Counted from the stretch's first letter, positions 20,451 to 39,971 are shown. The stretch: 64,000 bases of DNA from an uncultured Planctomycetota bacterium (GCA_963719315.1 CAVRBU010000005.1:128001-192000), one strand, 5' to 3'. The notes: generated by a model from the letters alone, not told the origin. A program made the numbers and translations.

Positions 20451-21590
20451 TTACCCTTGGAAAACGACGGCCGGCTCAACGACCATCACGCGCTGCATGC
20501 TCAACAAACTCGACAGGATGCTGATCGCGCCGACCGCCAGCCCCGTGCCGATAAACACTTCCGGCGGCATGTAAAACGCGAGCTTCGAGCCGGGCGAGGT
20601 GGCAAACTTGCCGAACCACGTGGCGGCCCCAATGCCCAGCCCGAAACCGATGAGACTGACCAACATCGCTTGCAGCAGGATCATGCCCATCAGCGACCAG
20701 TTGCCGGCGCCCATCGCCTTGAGCGCGCCGTATTGCTTGATGTTCTCGATCGTAAACAAGTAAAACGTCTGGGCTGCGATCGCCGTGCCGACGATGAAGC
20801 CCAGCGCCACCGTGATGCCGAAATTGAACGGAATGCCCGTCTTCCGCATGAAATACATCATCGTGATCCACTCGAACTGCTTGCCGGTGACTGCCCGCAA
20901 ACCGGTTTGCTCTTGAATTCGCTTGCAAACTTCGTCGACTTTCAGACCCGGTTCGCCCTGGGCCAAGATAAACGACAACACCTTGCGTTCGGGCGGCACG
21001 AAATCGAGCGCTTGCGTGTACCGCGTGTACGCGACTGGAAAGGTTTGGAACGTGCGGCTGGCCTTACAAATGCCGACGATTTCGGCCACATGGTCGTTCA
21101 TTTCAAAGCGTTTGCCGATCCGCGGCTTCTCCCCCGGCCAAAGCAGCTCGTAGCCTTCGAGGTCCATAATTACGGCATCCGGCTTGCGGAGATCGAATAT
21201 GCTGCCGAGGATCATGTGCGTCGGCGCGCCGACCAGAGTGGCGTCGTCCAAGCCCAGCAAAATCGTTTGCTGGAAGTTGCCGTCCTCCAATCGCGACCGG
21301 GTGAGGCCTTTGTACAGTCGCACGGCCCACGACACACCCGACACACCGCGAACGCGGTACAAATCGTTTTCGGAAAGTGGCTTTACGTCATCCGAAAACT
21401 GGACATTGGGATCCATCACCCATATGTCGGCCCCCTGGATATCGCGAATCTGTCCGCTGGTTTGCAGCATCAGGCCGCAAAAGATCGAGGCCTGCTGCGC
21501 GATCAACAGCGACGCGAACGCGATGCCCAGGATGATTCCCAGATATTTACCGCGATTGCCGGTGAGCATTTTGAGCGCGATCCAACTCAT
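20451..21590 (-). CDS. FtsX/MacB-type ABC permease (DevC-like)
   Basis: TM, periplasmic domain, 3 TM; YGALKAMGA motif. Confidence 0.9.
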   Translation of the reverse strand: MSWIALKMLTGNRGKYLGIILGIAFASLLIAQQASIFCGLMLQTSGQIRDIQGADIWVMDPNVQFSDDVKPLSENDLYRVRGVSGVSWAVRLYKGLTRSRLEDGNFQQTILLGLDDATLVGAPTHMILGSIFDLRKPDAVIMDLEGYELLWPGEKPRIGKRFEMNDHVAEIVGICKASRTFQTFPVAYTRYTQALDFVPPERKVLSFILAQGEPGLKVDEVCKRIQEQTGLRAVTGKQFEWITMMYFMRKTGIPFNFGITVALGFIVGTAIAAQTFYLFTIENIKQYGALKAMGAGNWSLMGMILLQAMLVSLIGFGLGIGAATWFGKFATSPGSKLAFYMPPEVFIGTGLAVGAISILSSLLSMQRVMVVEPAVVFQG

Positions 21591-22237
21591 CTTACGGCTC
21601 CAGTGCTCGGGGCGCGAGACGCTCGATCGATCGACGCCAGCGAAAAGTCGGTGATGTGCCGCGCTAACCGCTCAATGTCGAGCGCAGCGTACTCACCCGC
21701 ACTCAGCAGATTGCGAATAACCGGATCGGCGAAGTGATAGAACAAGCACTGGCCGACGATGCTGAATGCCGTCAGTCGCAGTTCGTCGTTCGTCGCTTCG
21801 ACGGGCAGCAACTCGCGCAGAATTTTTAGCAGGATTTCGAACTGCGGCCGAATCGACGACTGCACGAGTTCCGCGCAGGCGGCCGTTGGATTCGCCATCT
21901 CGCGCATCATGAGCTTCGAGTGCCAGGTCCCGTCGGGACCGGTGCGGACGCGGCGAATGAACGTAATGATGAAATCCGCCAGCTTTGTTTCCGCCCGCGT
22001 GTCTTCCGACCATGGGGGCAGCGGAAATTGCTCCATCCGCCAGTGATGCGCCTGGACAACGGCCTCGACATACAGCCGCTGCTTATCGCCGAAGTAATAA
22101 TTCACGGCGGCCACATTTGCCCCGGCCCGCTGGCAGATGTCCCGAATCGTCGTGCCGTCGAATCCGCGCTCGGCAAAAATCTCGCCTGCAGCAATTGCGA
22201 TCCGCTCTCTCGTCGTATCCGATTCGCCGATTGCCAT
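21587..22237 (-). CDS. TetR-family regulator (CerR/CecR-like C-terminus)
   Basis: FAERGFDGTTIRDICQRAGANVAAVNYYFGDK HTH. Confidence 0.93.
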   Translation of the reverse strand: MAIGESDTTRERIAIAAGEIFAERGFDGTTIRDICQRAGANVAAVNYYFGDKQRLYVEAVVQAHHWRMEQFPLPPWSEDTRAETKLADFIITFIRRVRTGPDGTWHSKLMMREMANPTAACAELVQSSIRPQFEILLKILRELLPVEATNDELRLTAFSIVGQCLFYHFADPVIRNLLSAGEYAALDIERLARHITDFSLASIDRASRAPSTGAVR

Positions 22238-22252
22238 GGAAATACCACTAGA

Positions 22253-22311
22253 AAACGACCGTTTCAAACATCTGTTTCAATCAAGTGTATCTGAAACGAT
22301 TGGTGTGTCAA
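22253..22311 (-). promoter_or_regulatory. TetR operon promoter and tandem operators
   Basis: TTGACA-16-TACACT; palindromes AAACGACCGTTT and AAACATCTGTTT downstream. Confidence 0.65.
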
Positions 22312-22363
22312 GCGGTCCGCCCACGGAAAAAGAGGGGGCGCGTCCAAAGGAGTAGGTCTAGGC

Positions 22364-22393
22364 GTAGGGTGTGTCGAGTCCGCGAGACACACC
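22364..22393 (+). repeat. GTAG-family REP
   Basis: GTAGGGTGTGTCGAGTCCGCGAGACACACC, identical to 25537-25566. Confidence 0.9.
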
Positions 22394-22602
22394 ATCCGGC
22401 TGAATCCAACTGTCCGCCGCGCACCGATATCAACATTCACCCCTGGCCGATGCAAGGCGATAGAGCTGTTTCTCGACCGATTTGCGGAACCGTCATAAAT
22501 CCGATAAACTATTACTAATACTATTGCAATGTCATTGTCGATTATAGTACAATACATTATATCGGGATAATTAAGATTGTTCTCTCAGTGAAGGACCAGA
22601 GA

Positions 22603-23121
22603 ATGTCGCAAGATCAAGTAATTGTTGTGTTTACGGATGAGAGTGCTGAACGGATTCTCCTTAAGGGGGGAACGTCGGCTTGGCGATTGAAGCCAAATCA
22701 CGCTCGTCAGTGTAGCTACGTTCTTTGTACCCGCAACGTGAACGGTAACGGGGGTAGAGGACCGGTAGAGCATTACACCGGCTTTCTGATGGGTAAGCTA
22801 GCAGATGTTGTTTCCGTTCCAGGTTCCCACAACGGCGATCGCTATTTGGCTCAATTTAGTGAATACGCGCACGTCAACATTCCTGACGCATGGAATAAGG
22901 GCGATCGAAACCCGATACGATATTCAGCCCTTGAAGAGATCGCAGTTGACGCATCATCTCTGAAATGGAAACCGATGCCAGCGCCGGCCGAAAGCGGCGG
23001 CAATTCCGAACCCAGTGAGCGCCCGGCACTGGCCGCGCTTACGTTGCAAGAGGCAAAGATGGGATTAGCGGTGACGTTTGGAGTGAAACCAGAAGCGATC
23101 GAAATCACGATTCGAGCGTGA
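22603..23121 (+). CDS. Hypothetical protein, lower GC
   Basis: AAGGA SD; C-terminal LTLQEAKMGLAVTFGVKPEAIEITIR. Confidence 0.75.
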   Translation: MSQDQVIVVFTDESAERILLKGGTSAWRLKPNHARQCSYVLCTRNVNGNGGRGPVEHYTGFLMGKLADVVSVPGSHNGDRYLAQFSEYAHVNIPDAWNKGDRNPIRYSALEEIAVDASSLKWKPMPAPAESGGNSEPSERPALAALTLQEAKMGLAVTFGVKPEAIEITIRA

Positions 23122-23443
23122 TCTACCCCGTTAACGGCGTCATATTTCCTCTGACAATGTGTGGGCCAATGCTGATGGTTGGCAAGCGCGAGTTCGTTCG
23201 CGGGACCGACGCCATTGCATTTATCGAGCGGCTAATAGAGCGAGCCGCCGCTGTTTGATAACTGGATTCGCCGCTGCACGCCGCGAGCGGACATCAACAT
23301 TCATCCTTGGTCGGAATGGGAGGCAAGGGAATTATTTCTCGACCGATTCACCGAACTGACGGGATCGTGAAACGGCGCTTAGTCCCGTTGCGTTAATGAA
23401 AGCTTCGGTGCTGCCACGATATTCCGCTAATCGCGGTTTTCGA

Positions 23444-24841
23444 CTAGGGCACTCCAAACGTCTTCAGTTTTTCTCCGTTAGTCGCATCCCAGAGAATTGC
23501 GGCATTGCCCATAGCTGTGAGCACTTTCCGACCATCCGGACTGAATGCAACGCACGGCGGGACACCCTTAAATGTCCTCAGTTTTTCTCCGCTGGCGGCG
23601 TCCCACAGAATAGGGGTCCCATTTTTGGAGCCGGTAAGCACTTGACGACCGTCCGGACTGAATTTGCCAGAATCCCCGTCGAAAGTCCTCAGCTTGCGGC
23701 CCGTGACAGCGTCAAATAGTGTTTCGGCATCGTCCGCCGTGCCGATCAGCACTTGATGTCCGTCCGGGCTAAAAGCGACGGAGAATACAGCATAAAATAT
23801 CTCGTCGAATGTTCTGAGCTTCTTTCCGTTGGCGGCGTCCCACAGTATGGCGGGCGTTGAGCCAGTGAGAACCTGCCGACCGTCCGGGCTAAATGCGATG
23901 CTCTCTACAGCAGCAAACTTTTCGCGTCCGCGCGCATCGAAGGTTCGTATCCTTTGTCCGGTTGCCGCGTCCCAAAGGATTGCACTTCCATCCGTTGAGC
24001 CAGTGAACACCTGACGACCATTTGGACTGAACGCGACGGAGATTACTTCCTCGGTGTGGCCAAGAAACGTCTGTAGTTTTTGCCCGCTGGCTGCGTCCCA
24101 CAAAATAGCATTATTCTCGAATGAGCCGGTAAGCACTTGGCGGCCATCTGGACTGAATGCGACGGAAGTTACCACGTCCGAAATCTCAAACGTCCTGAGC
24201 TTACGCGCGGTGGCTGTATCCCAAAGGATGGCAGTGTTGTCGTCTGAACCGGTGAGCACTTGTCTTCCGTCGGCGCTAAACGCAACAGATTCTACAGACT
24301 CTTTGTGCCCCTCGGGCGGCCCGGCGGCTGGTGGCGCTGAGTACTTACCCTCCTCCGCTGGAGCACTGCCATCGGCGCTTTGTTTGACGCTCAGTGGTTT
24401 CGGCTGAGGTGCCGGTCCCGGAACATTTGCTTCCTTGTTGTTGGGTGCAGCCGTGTTGGGAGCCTCGCTTACGGGAGGCGAGGACTTCCGTCCTGTCTGT
24501 AGGAACGTAGCACAAGCAAATCCGAGTAAGATGCAAGCCACAAACCCCGCAGTTATCAGTGCGATCTTGAAGAAACGGTCCATCTTCGTCGCGCCTTGCA
24601 CTGTATTATCTGCAACGCTTTGCTCGCGGACTTCATTCACAGCGGCCGATTTTGCGGGAATGGGCGATTGCCCAGCAGTAAATAGCCCCTTAATTTGTGA
24701 AGCTGTGCACCACTCGGCCATGTCGGCTCGGCGGACTTTGTCGGTGGCTGTGAGTCGGCCTGAGGAGGCCAGCTGCTTTAGGACGGTTGCTTCAATTGGC
24801 CCAGATGTTCGGCCGTCGATGAGGTAGAACCATTTCGCCAT
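23444..24841 (-). CDS. GYF_2(DUF4339)-TM-WD40 repeat protein
   Basis: WFYLIDGRTSGP N-domain, TM helix, seven AFSPDG..LTGS..LWD repeats. Confidence 0.88.
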   Translation of the reverse strand: MAKWFYLIDGRTSGPIEATVLKQLASSGRLTATDKVRRADMAEWCTASQIKGLFTAGQSPIPAKSAAVNEVREQSVADNTVQGATKMDRFFKIALITAGFVACILLGFACATFLQTGRKSSPPVSEAPNTAAPNNKEANVPGPAPQPKPLSVKQSADGSAPAEEGKYSAPPAAGPPEGHKESVESVAFSADGRQVLTGSDDNTAILWDTATARKLRTFEISDVVTSVAFSPDGRQVLTGSFENNAILWDAASGQKLQTFLGHTEEVISVAFSPNGRQVFTGSTDGSAILWDAATGQRIRTFDARGREKFAAVESIAFSPDGRQVLTGSTPAILWDAANGKKLRTFDEIFYAVFSVAFSPDGHQVLIGTADDAETLFDAVTGRKLRTFDGDSGKFSPDGRQVLTGSKNGTPILWDAASGEKLRTFKGVPPCVAFSPDGRKVLTAMGNAAILWDATNGEKLKTFGVP

Positions 24842-24991
24842 GATCCGCTTTCTTATTCGCGCGGACTAACGTGGTAGGATTGCGCGGCCAGGTCTCTGTT
24901 TTCAGCGGGGTTTATTCTAACCAGCCGCAATCGGATCGCAAGTATTGTCGAGATTGCAAATAGGCTGGCAATGGCGTGTCTCACTCACCAC

Positions 24992-25527
24992 TCACTCGCC
25001 CCATTCGGGATCGTCGTAGCCGGGGGCTGGGTCCTCTCGGCCCCAATCGAGCGTGTATTCGCCGGCTTCGACGTACCGGTGGAACGACGACCATTGCCAG
25101 TCCTTCACGCTCGTGACCAAGCCGTGCTTCTTTGGATTCCAATGCGTGTAGTCGACACATCGCTTGAGATCGTCTTCGTCATCGACGGTGTGCTCCCAAA
25201 AACGCTTTTGCCAAACGCCGCGCATGCCATGATCGGCGCGAGCGCGACTGGCGCAGTTCACGGCCGCCTTGGCCGAGGAAGCTCCGCGTGAACGCTTCTT
25301 TGATCTTTTGAAGGCGCAGGGAATACCGGCTGTCGCCGCGCGGCAAAGTACACGCAGTGTGCCAATGGTCCGGCAGCAACACGATCGCCACGATTTCAAA
25401 GGGCCACTTCTGGTGAACTTTTTCGATTGCCTCGTGCAGGCAGGTGCGGGCGAGATCGCTTGTGAGAAATCGGCGACGCCGGTACGTCACTACTACCCTG
25501 AACATAATTCCGCCGGTAGTTCGCCAT
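24992..25527 (-). pseudogene. REP-associated tyrosine transposase (RAYT), disrupted
   Basis: MANYRR, LPDHWH (HUH), WQKRFWEH, DYTHWNP; multi-base deletion after codon ~11 and frameshift near 25255. Confidence 0.88.
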
Positions 25528-25536
25528 GTGATTGAT

Positions 25537-25620
25537 GTAGGGTGTGTCGAGTCCGCGAGACACACCATAACAATTCCATCCCTAAATTGGTGTGTCTCGC
25601 CAAGCCTCGACACACCCTAC
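25537..25620. repeat. Inverted REP doublet (REPIN-like)
   Basis: REP 25537-25566 and inverted REP 25589-25620, between the rpoC stop and the RAYT start. Confidence 0.9.
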
Positions 25621-25630
25621 TCGCCTCGCC

Positions 25631-30010
<4,380 letters not shown>

Positions 30011-30059
30011 ATCTTTCGCTCCTAACGTGGTCGAAGCGGGGCGTGATCGGTTAAAACAA

Positions 30060-30542
30060 ATTTGTCATTGCAAATTTGTCATTTGTAATTGGTCATTTCG
30101 GGGGCGGAGTGATGGATTCCGGTCTTGCTGGTTCTTGACGAGAACTCTGCGCGCAGTCGATAATGATTGCCCCAGGATTCGGCATAGCTGATCTGATTCG
30201 TCAAGCACATCGGAAAGCATATTTTCTGAGATCGATCCTGAACGCGCGATCAAACGAAGCCAATATCTAGTTTCACGAAGCTCTTTAAGTGCGATGCTTA
30301 ACTTATGTACGAAATCCCTTCGACTCTCCGCGGCTCGTCCTTCTTCATAATTCGGCGCCGGCGAAGTTCCCGATCGTATTATTTGACTTGCGATATGCCG
30401 ACCGAGTCTTGAATCCGGCAATGAATCGGCAACTTTCCCAATCCGCGCCGCAAAATCCAACAATCGGTCCGCTAATTCATCAGGTGTCACTTAGGTTCCT
30501 TCTGAAATGACCAATGACAAATGACAAATTTGCAATGACAAA

Positions 30543-30543
<1 letters not shown>
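30060..30543. mobile_element. Four-helix-bundle cassette bounded by 40-bp heptamer-built inverted arms
   Basis: Arms 30060-30099 and 30504-30543 are 39/40 complementary; mobility is inferred, not shown. Confidence 0.6.
30065..30490 (-). CDS. Four helix bundle protein (23S rRNA IVP / bAvd-like)
   Basis: QIIRSGTSPAPNYEEGRAAESRRDFVHKLSIALKELRETRYWL signature. Confidence 0.93.
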   Translation of the reverse strand: MTPDELADRLLDFAARIGKVADSLPDSRLGRHIASQIIRSGTSPAPNYEEGRAAESRRDFVHKLSIALKELRETRYWLRLIARSGSISENMLSDVLDESDQLCRILGQSLSTARRVLVKNQQDRNPSLRPRNDQLQMTNLQ

Positions 30544-34253
<3,710 letters not shown>

Positions 34254-34542
34254 AGGATTCGTTACTCCATCTCAGAGCGCGATGCGGCCGGACTGCAAGA
34301 CAAGCGAGCCGCGCGACGAACGAAGCGCACAGCCGCGAGCGGCAGTTTCGACCGACATGCAGAATTAAGAAACAAGCGATCGGGGAGGCTCATGCAAACT
34401 GGCGCCAAAATTGGCGGACCATGTGGACCGCGCCGGAGGAAAACCGAACCATCGACGGATGTTTGGATGCCTGGGGCAACACCCCGAACTATCCAACCGG
34501 GGCCTAGCCCCAGCTACCCGCCGACTGCCAACACTGCGCCGA

Positions 34543-34950
34543 TTACTTGATCGAGCAGGTAGCGCCGGCTTCCTCCAACTCGGCTTTGAGCTTTTCGGCG
34601 TCTGCCTTGGAGAGGCCTTCCTTGACCTTGCTCGGCACGGCTTCAACCAGATCCTTGGCCTCTTTGAGACCCAGGCCGGTCGCCTGTCGAACCACCTTGA
34701 TGACGCCGATCTTTTTATCGCCGAAACCTTCCAAAACGACATCGAACTCCGTCTTTTCGACAGCCGCGGCCGCGCCGCCGCCACCGTCTGCCGGGCCGGC
34801 CATCATCACGGCCCCACCGGCCGCCGGCTCGATGCCGTGGACGTTTTTCAAATAGTCGCTCAACTCCTTGGCCTCTTTCAGCGTGAGGCCTACGATCTGA
34901 TCGCCCAACTTCTTGGTCGTATCAGTAAATTCCATCGTCGCGGTTGTCAT
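34543..34950 (-). CDS. rplL: 50S ribosomal protein L7/L12
   Basis: EKTEFDV...GLGLKEAK. Confidence 0.98.
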   Translation of the reverse strand: MTTATMEFTDTTKKLGDQIVGLTLKEAKELSDYLKNVHGIEPAAGGAVMMAGPADGGGGAAAAVEKTEFDVVLEGFGDKKIGVIKVVRQATGLGLKEAKDLVEAVPSKVKEGLSKADAEKLKAELEEAGATCSIK

Positions 34951-35016
34951 GGTTCGTACTCACCTTTCTCGTACTGGGTCGCAAATGCTGATTGATTTTA
35001 TGGGTACTGGGCAAAC

Positions 35017-35095
35017 GTTGGTTGGGTCGAGACTTCGAGACCCACCGGGTTTTTCCCATCGTATTGGTGCGTCTCGCGGACTCGACGCACCCTGC
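35017..35095. repeat. Diverged REP doublet between rplJ and rplL
   Basis: 35066-35095 reverse complement GCAGGGTGCGTCGAGTCCGCGAGACGCACC. Confidence 0.8.
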
Positions 35096-35099
35096 ATGC

Positions 35100-35630
35100 T
35101 TACTCTGAGGCTTCGCCCTCTTCACTCTTCTTCTTGATCTGGCTCGCCAATTTGGCACCGGCACTGAGCAATTGAGCATTCAATGTAGCTCCGGGACCAA
35201 GGATCTGGCCGCTCAAAATGCTCAACTGCTCCAATCGGTTCGGCCACTTGCTGACGGCCTTAACCTGGTCCGCAGCCAGCGGCTGACCATCCATCACGCC
35301 GCCCTTCGGCACGAACGGCTCGAACGCCTTGTCCTCGGCGATGTGAATGACCTCTTTGGCCAGCGAAATAATGTCTTCGCCGCCCCAAATCAATGCCATC
35401 GTCCCTTGCGCGGCTTCGAACGCCGGCGCGAAGCGGGTCCCTTCGGTCGCCCGCCGAGCCAAACTGTTCTTCACCACCAGCAAGTGGATGTTCTTTTTCC
35501 GCAGCCGCTGTCGCAGCGCGACGTTCTTCTCGTTTTTCAGACCGATCACATCGACTAACAGCGCGTCTTCCACACCATCCAGCCGATTGCGAAGGTCCTT
35601 CGTGATTAAGTCTTTGACGTATTTGCTCAT
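35100..35630 (-). CDS. rplJ: 50S ribosomal protein L10
   Basis: VVKNSLARRA; synteny. Confidence 0.96.
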   Translation of the reverse strand: MSKYVKDLITKDLRNRLDGVEDALLVDVIGLKNEKNVALRQRLRKKNIHLLVVKNSLARRATEGTRFAPAFEAAQGTMALIWGGEDIISLAKEVIHIAEDKAFEPFVPKGGVMDGQPLAADQVKAVSKWPNRLEQLSILSGQILGPGATLNAQLLSAGAKLASQIKKKSEEGEASE

Positions 35631-35655
35631 TGTGTCTGACTGAGACCTCTTTCTC

Positions 35656-36336
35656 CTACACTGCTAACCGCACACTCGGGCTCATCGTGCCGCTGATGTG
35701 GACCCCTTTGATGAAGGTGCCCTTCACCGAGCCCGGCTTCAGCGCGACGACTTTGTCCAAAAACGCTTGAATGTTGTCCACGAGCTTCGGTGCATCGAAG
35801 CTCATTTTGCCGACGACGGCCTGCACGATGCCGGCCTTGTCGTTGCGGAATTCCACTTTACCCGCTTTGTACTCGCCCACCGTTTTGCCGATTTCCGGCG
35901 TCACGGTGCCGGCCCGCGGCGACGGCATCAGCCCGCGCGGACCCAGGACTTTGCCTAGCGGGCCGACGAGCTTCATCATGTCCGGTGCGGCGATGCAGGC
36001 GTCGAACTCCGTCCAGCCGCCTTTGATCTTGTCGGCCAGGTCTTCTTCTCCCACAAAATCGGCGCCGGCGGCCTTGGCTTCTTCCGCCTTTGCACCCTTG
36101 GCGAAAACGACCACGCGCTGCTGCTTGCCGATGCCGTGCGGCAACACGATCGAGCCACGAATCAATTGCTCGGCCTGCGTGTTGTCGATGCCCAGTCGGA
36201 TCGCGACCTCGACCGACTGATCGAACTTCGTGGTGTCGAAACCCTTGAGTGCCTTGACCGCTTCCGGCAACGGCAACGGATCTTCGACCTTCCGCTTTTC
36301 CGCCAGGGCCCGATATCGTTTGGATTGTTTTGCCAT
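35656..36336 (-). CDS. rplA: 50S ribosomal protein L1
   Basis: [10 protein letters not shown]. Confidence 0.99.
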   Translation of the reverse strand: MAKQSKRYRALAEKRKVEDPLPLPEAVKALKGFDTTKFDQSVEVAIRLGIDNTQAEQLIRGSIVLPHGIGKQQRVVVFAKGAKAEEAKAAGADFVGEEDLADKIKGGWTEFDACIAAPDMMKLVGPLGKVLGPRGLMPSPRAGTVTPEIGKTVGEYKAGKVEFRNDKAGIVQAVVGKMSFDAPKLVDNIQAFLDKVVALKPGSVKGTFIKGVHISGTMSPSVRLAV

Positions 36337-36341
36337 AGTTG

Positions 36342-36402
36342 GGTGTCGGATGTCAGGTGTCGGGTGTCAGATTTCTGATTCCGACACCTGACACCTGACA
36401 CC
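36342..36402. repeat. Inverted heptamer array, (GGTGTCA)n family
   Basis: GGTGTCGGATGTCAGGTGTCGGGTGTCAGA-TT-TCTGATTCCGACACCTGACACCTGACACC. Confidence 0.88.
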
Positions 36403-36412
36403 TCTTTCTTTT

Positions 36413-36838
36413 TTAACCTTTAACCTCTAATCCCATGCTGCGGGCTGTGCCGGCGACCATGTTCACTGCGTGATCGACGTCGCTCGCGTTGAGGTCGGCC
36501 ATTTTGATTTTGGCGATCTCCTCCATTTGGGCCCGCGTCACTGACCCGACTTTTTCCTTATTCGGAACCGGCGAGCCCTTGGCGATGTTGGCCGCCTTCT
36601 TGAGCAGCACGGCCGCCGGCGGGCTCTTGGTGATGAACTCGAACGAGCGATCGTTGTAAACCGTCACCACGACAGGAATCATCATCCCGCCCGCCTCGCG
36701 AGTCCGCTCGTTGAACTGCTGCACGAACTGACCCAGGTTGATGCCGTACTTGCCGAGCGAAGTACCAACCGGCGGCGCCGGCGTAGCCTGCCCGCCCGGA
36801 ATCTGAAACTTCGCCATGCCTGCAAATTGTTTTGCCAT
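36413..36838 (-). CDS. rplK: 50S ribosomal protein L11
   Basis: ATPAPPVG...GTARSMG. Confidence 0.99.
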   Translation of the reverse strand: MAKQFAGMAKFQIPGGQATPAPPVGTSLGKYGINLGQFVQQFNERTREAGGMMIPVVVTVYNDRSFEFITKSPPAAVLLKKAANIAKGSPVPNKEKVGSVTRAQMEEIAKIKMADLNASDVDHAVNMVAGTARSMGLEVKG

Positions 36839-36846
36839 TTTTTTGA

Positions 36847-36925
36847 AGCTGTTAGCTGTTAGCCATTAGCTATTAGCCAGAAGATTCGATTCTGGCTAAT
36901 AGCTAACAGCTAAGAGCTAATGGCT
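36847..36925. repeat. Inverted heptamer array, (TTAGCTG)n family
   Basis: AGCTGTTAGCTGTTAGCCATTAGCTATTAGCCAGAA-7 nt-TTCTGGCTAATAGCTAACAGCTAAGAGCTAATGGCT. Confidence 0.9.
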
Positions 36926-36929
36926 CTCC

Positions 36930-37793
36930 TCACACTGCTTCGATCTGCCAATATTCCAACTCAACCTGCGTGCTGCGGCCGAAGATATGAATCAGCACCG
37001 TTACGCGGCCGCTGGCTTCGTCGATCTTTGCCACTTCGCCTTCGAAGTTCTCGAAATTACCTTCCTTCACCTTGATCTTGTCGCCAGCCGAGAACTTGAT
37101 GTCGAGCTTGGGCGATTCGCTGGTTTCCTCTTCCTTGGTCTGCACAATCCGGGCGACTTCGCTGGCCAGCATCGGCGTCGGCTTGCCGCCGGCGCCCGTG
37201 AAATCCCCCACGCCCGCCGTCTCGCGCACCGCGAACCACGTGTCGTCGTTGATGTGCATGTGCACGACGATGTAACCCGGATACAACTTCCGCTCGACGA
37301 CTTTCTTCTTGCCCCCTTTGAATTCCGTCACTTTTTCGGTGGGCACGATCACCTGGTCGAAGAAGCGATCGTACCCCTCGATGCGCATCTTCCGCTCCAA
37401 GGCCTCGGCAATCGTGCGCTCGCGATTGCTTTGGACCTTGAGGATGTACCAATCCATGCTAGTGTCTTCGGGCTCCTCCGGCGTCAACTCGACCGGCTGT
37501 CGTCGGGCGATCGCCGCCGTGGAATTCTCCGCTTCAACGCTCGCGGGCTCTTCGATTTCCACCGACTCGTCTGGTGCCGACTCGTCGCTTTCGACATCGC
37601 TCTCGGCCGAATCGGCGTCGCCCGCTTGAGCTTCGTCCGCCGCTTCCGCCTCCGGGCCATTCGTTTCACCCGACGATTCGACAACGGACTGCTGACCGTT
37701 GGATTGCGCAACCTCGGACTCCTCGAGCGCGGTATCGTCGCTGCGATTACTCACCGCGTCGTCGGCCACGAATGCTGGATCGTCGTCGGTCAT
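36930..37793 (-). CDS. nusG: Transcription termination/antitermination factor NusG with acidic N-terminal extension
   Basis: WYILKV...KLYPGY, KOW, IFGRST. Confidence 0.96.
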   Translation of the reverse strand: MTDDDPAFVADDAVSNRSDDTALEESEVAQSNGQQSVVESSGETNGPEAEAADEAQAGDADSAESDVESDESAPDESVEIEEPASVEAENSTAAIARRQPVELTPEEPEDTSMDWYILKVQSNRERTIAEALERKMRIEGYDRFFDQVIVPTEKVTEFKGGKKKVVERKLYPGYIVVHMHINDDTWFAVRETAGVGDFTGAGGKPTPMLASEVARIVQTKEEETSESPKLDIKFSAGDKIKVKEGNFENFEGEVAKIDEASGRVTVLIHIFGRSTQVELEYWQIEAV

Positions 37794-37834
37794 TGTTACT
37801 TTGCACGCAGGCTGGAAGCCGGGCTACTCGCCCC

Positions 37835-38311
37835 TCACCCAAACACCCAACTAACGAACGAATCGATTCCATCCAAGATAAATTTCAATACGGCGTCATA
37901 CGCGAACAACAGACCCGCCAGGAAAAAAATGACCAGGATGACCACGAGCGACGCGCGGAATAATTCGGCCCGCGACGGCCACGACACCTTGTTCATCTCC
38001 CCTTCGACCGAAATCAAAAAATCCGCAAAGGTCGGCATCTGCACCACACGGAAACTGGCCCATAGTCCAACGGCCAGCACCCCCAGCGGAATGAAATACT
38101 TGACCACATTCTGTTGGGCAGTCGTCCAATCCGGCTTGTCGCTCACGTAGCCACCCATGTACCGGCTCAAGCTCCAAGCACCGAGGGCAACGATTATCGC
38201 AAAGGCCCCAAAGGTCGCCTGCCGAGCTATGCGACCCTGGTTCCGTTTGTACAAACCAAAGCTAAACAGCTCGTGGAATATGCTGCCAAAGCCCGTCGTA
38301 TCGTTAGCCAC
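37835..38311 (-). CDS. secE: Preprotein translocase SecE
   Basis: EMNKVSWPS motif; 3 TM; tRNA-Trp-secE-nusG synteny. Confidence 0.95.
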   Translation of the reverse strand: MANDTTGFGSIFHELFSFGLYKRNQGRIARQATFGAFAIIVALGAWSLSRYMGGYVSDKPDWTTAQQNVVKYFIPLGVLAVGLWASFRVVQMPTFADFLISVEGEMNKVSWPSRAELFRASLVVILVIFFLAGLLFAYDAVLKFILDGIDSFVSWVFG

Positions 38312-38400
38312 GATTGGTCACTACTCCATTAATAGATTGCGTCGTAGCAAACTCGATCGAAAAAACATCCGCCGCTTTCCATCCCACCGATATATTCAAA

Positions 38401-38476
38401 TGGCAGGGGTGGTGGGACTCGAACTCACAACCCCCGGTTTTGGAGACCGGTGCTCTGCCAATTGAGCTACACCCCT
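38401..38476 (-). tRNA. tRNA-Trp(CCA)
   Basis: Cloverleaf, anticodon loop CTCCAAA, encoded CCA end. Confidence 0.97.
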
Positions 38477-38477
38477 G

Positions 38478-38556
38478 GGGCAAGGGGGAAGGATGAAGCA
38501 GGAAAACGGAAGGAACTCTTAATTCCTTCCCCCTTCCACCCTCCGCCCTCCACCTT
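38478..38556. repeat. Degenerate inverted heptamer array, (GGATGAA/CCTTCCA)n family
   Basis: GGGGAAGGATGAAGCAGGAA...TTCCTTCCCCCTTCCACCCTCCGCCCTCCACC. Confidence 0.6.
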
Positions 38557-38562
38557 AATATT

Positions 38563-39762
<1,200 letters not shown>

Positions 39763-39891
39763 TGTTAATTCCTGACTGACAACAAATAGGAGTCGAAAAA
39801 GGGTTGATCTAAAATTACAATCATCGAGTCATCGACCGCGAGCAACGGTTATCTCGCTCTAACAGCAAAGTTGTTTCGCCGCGGCGAACAA

Positions 39892-39964
<73 letters not shown>

Positions 39965-39971
39965 AGGAATC

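Noticed and set aside
23444..24300. DNA repeats within the WD40 genes (also 52700-54560)
   Set aside because: Explained by protein-level WD40 repeats.
30065..30490. Diversity-generating retroelement suggested by the Avd-like gene
   Set aside because: No reverse transcriptase and no TR/VR pair visible in the window.
35631..35655. L10 leader regulatory RNA
   Set aside because: Only 25 nt separate rplA and rplJ, leaving no room or recognisable structure.
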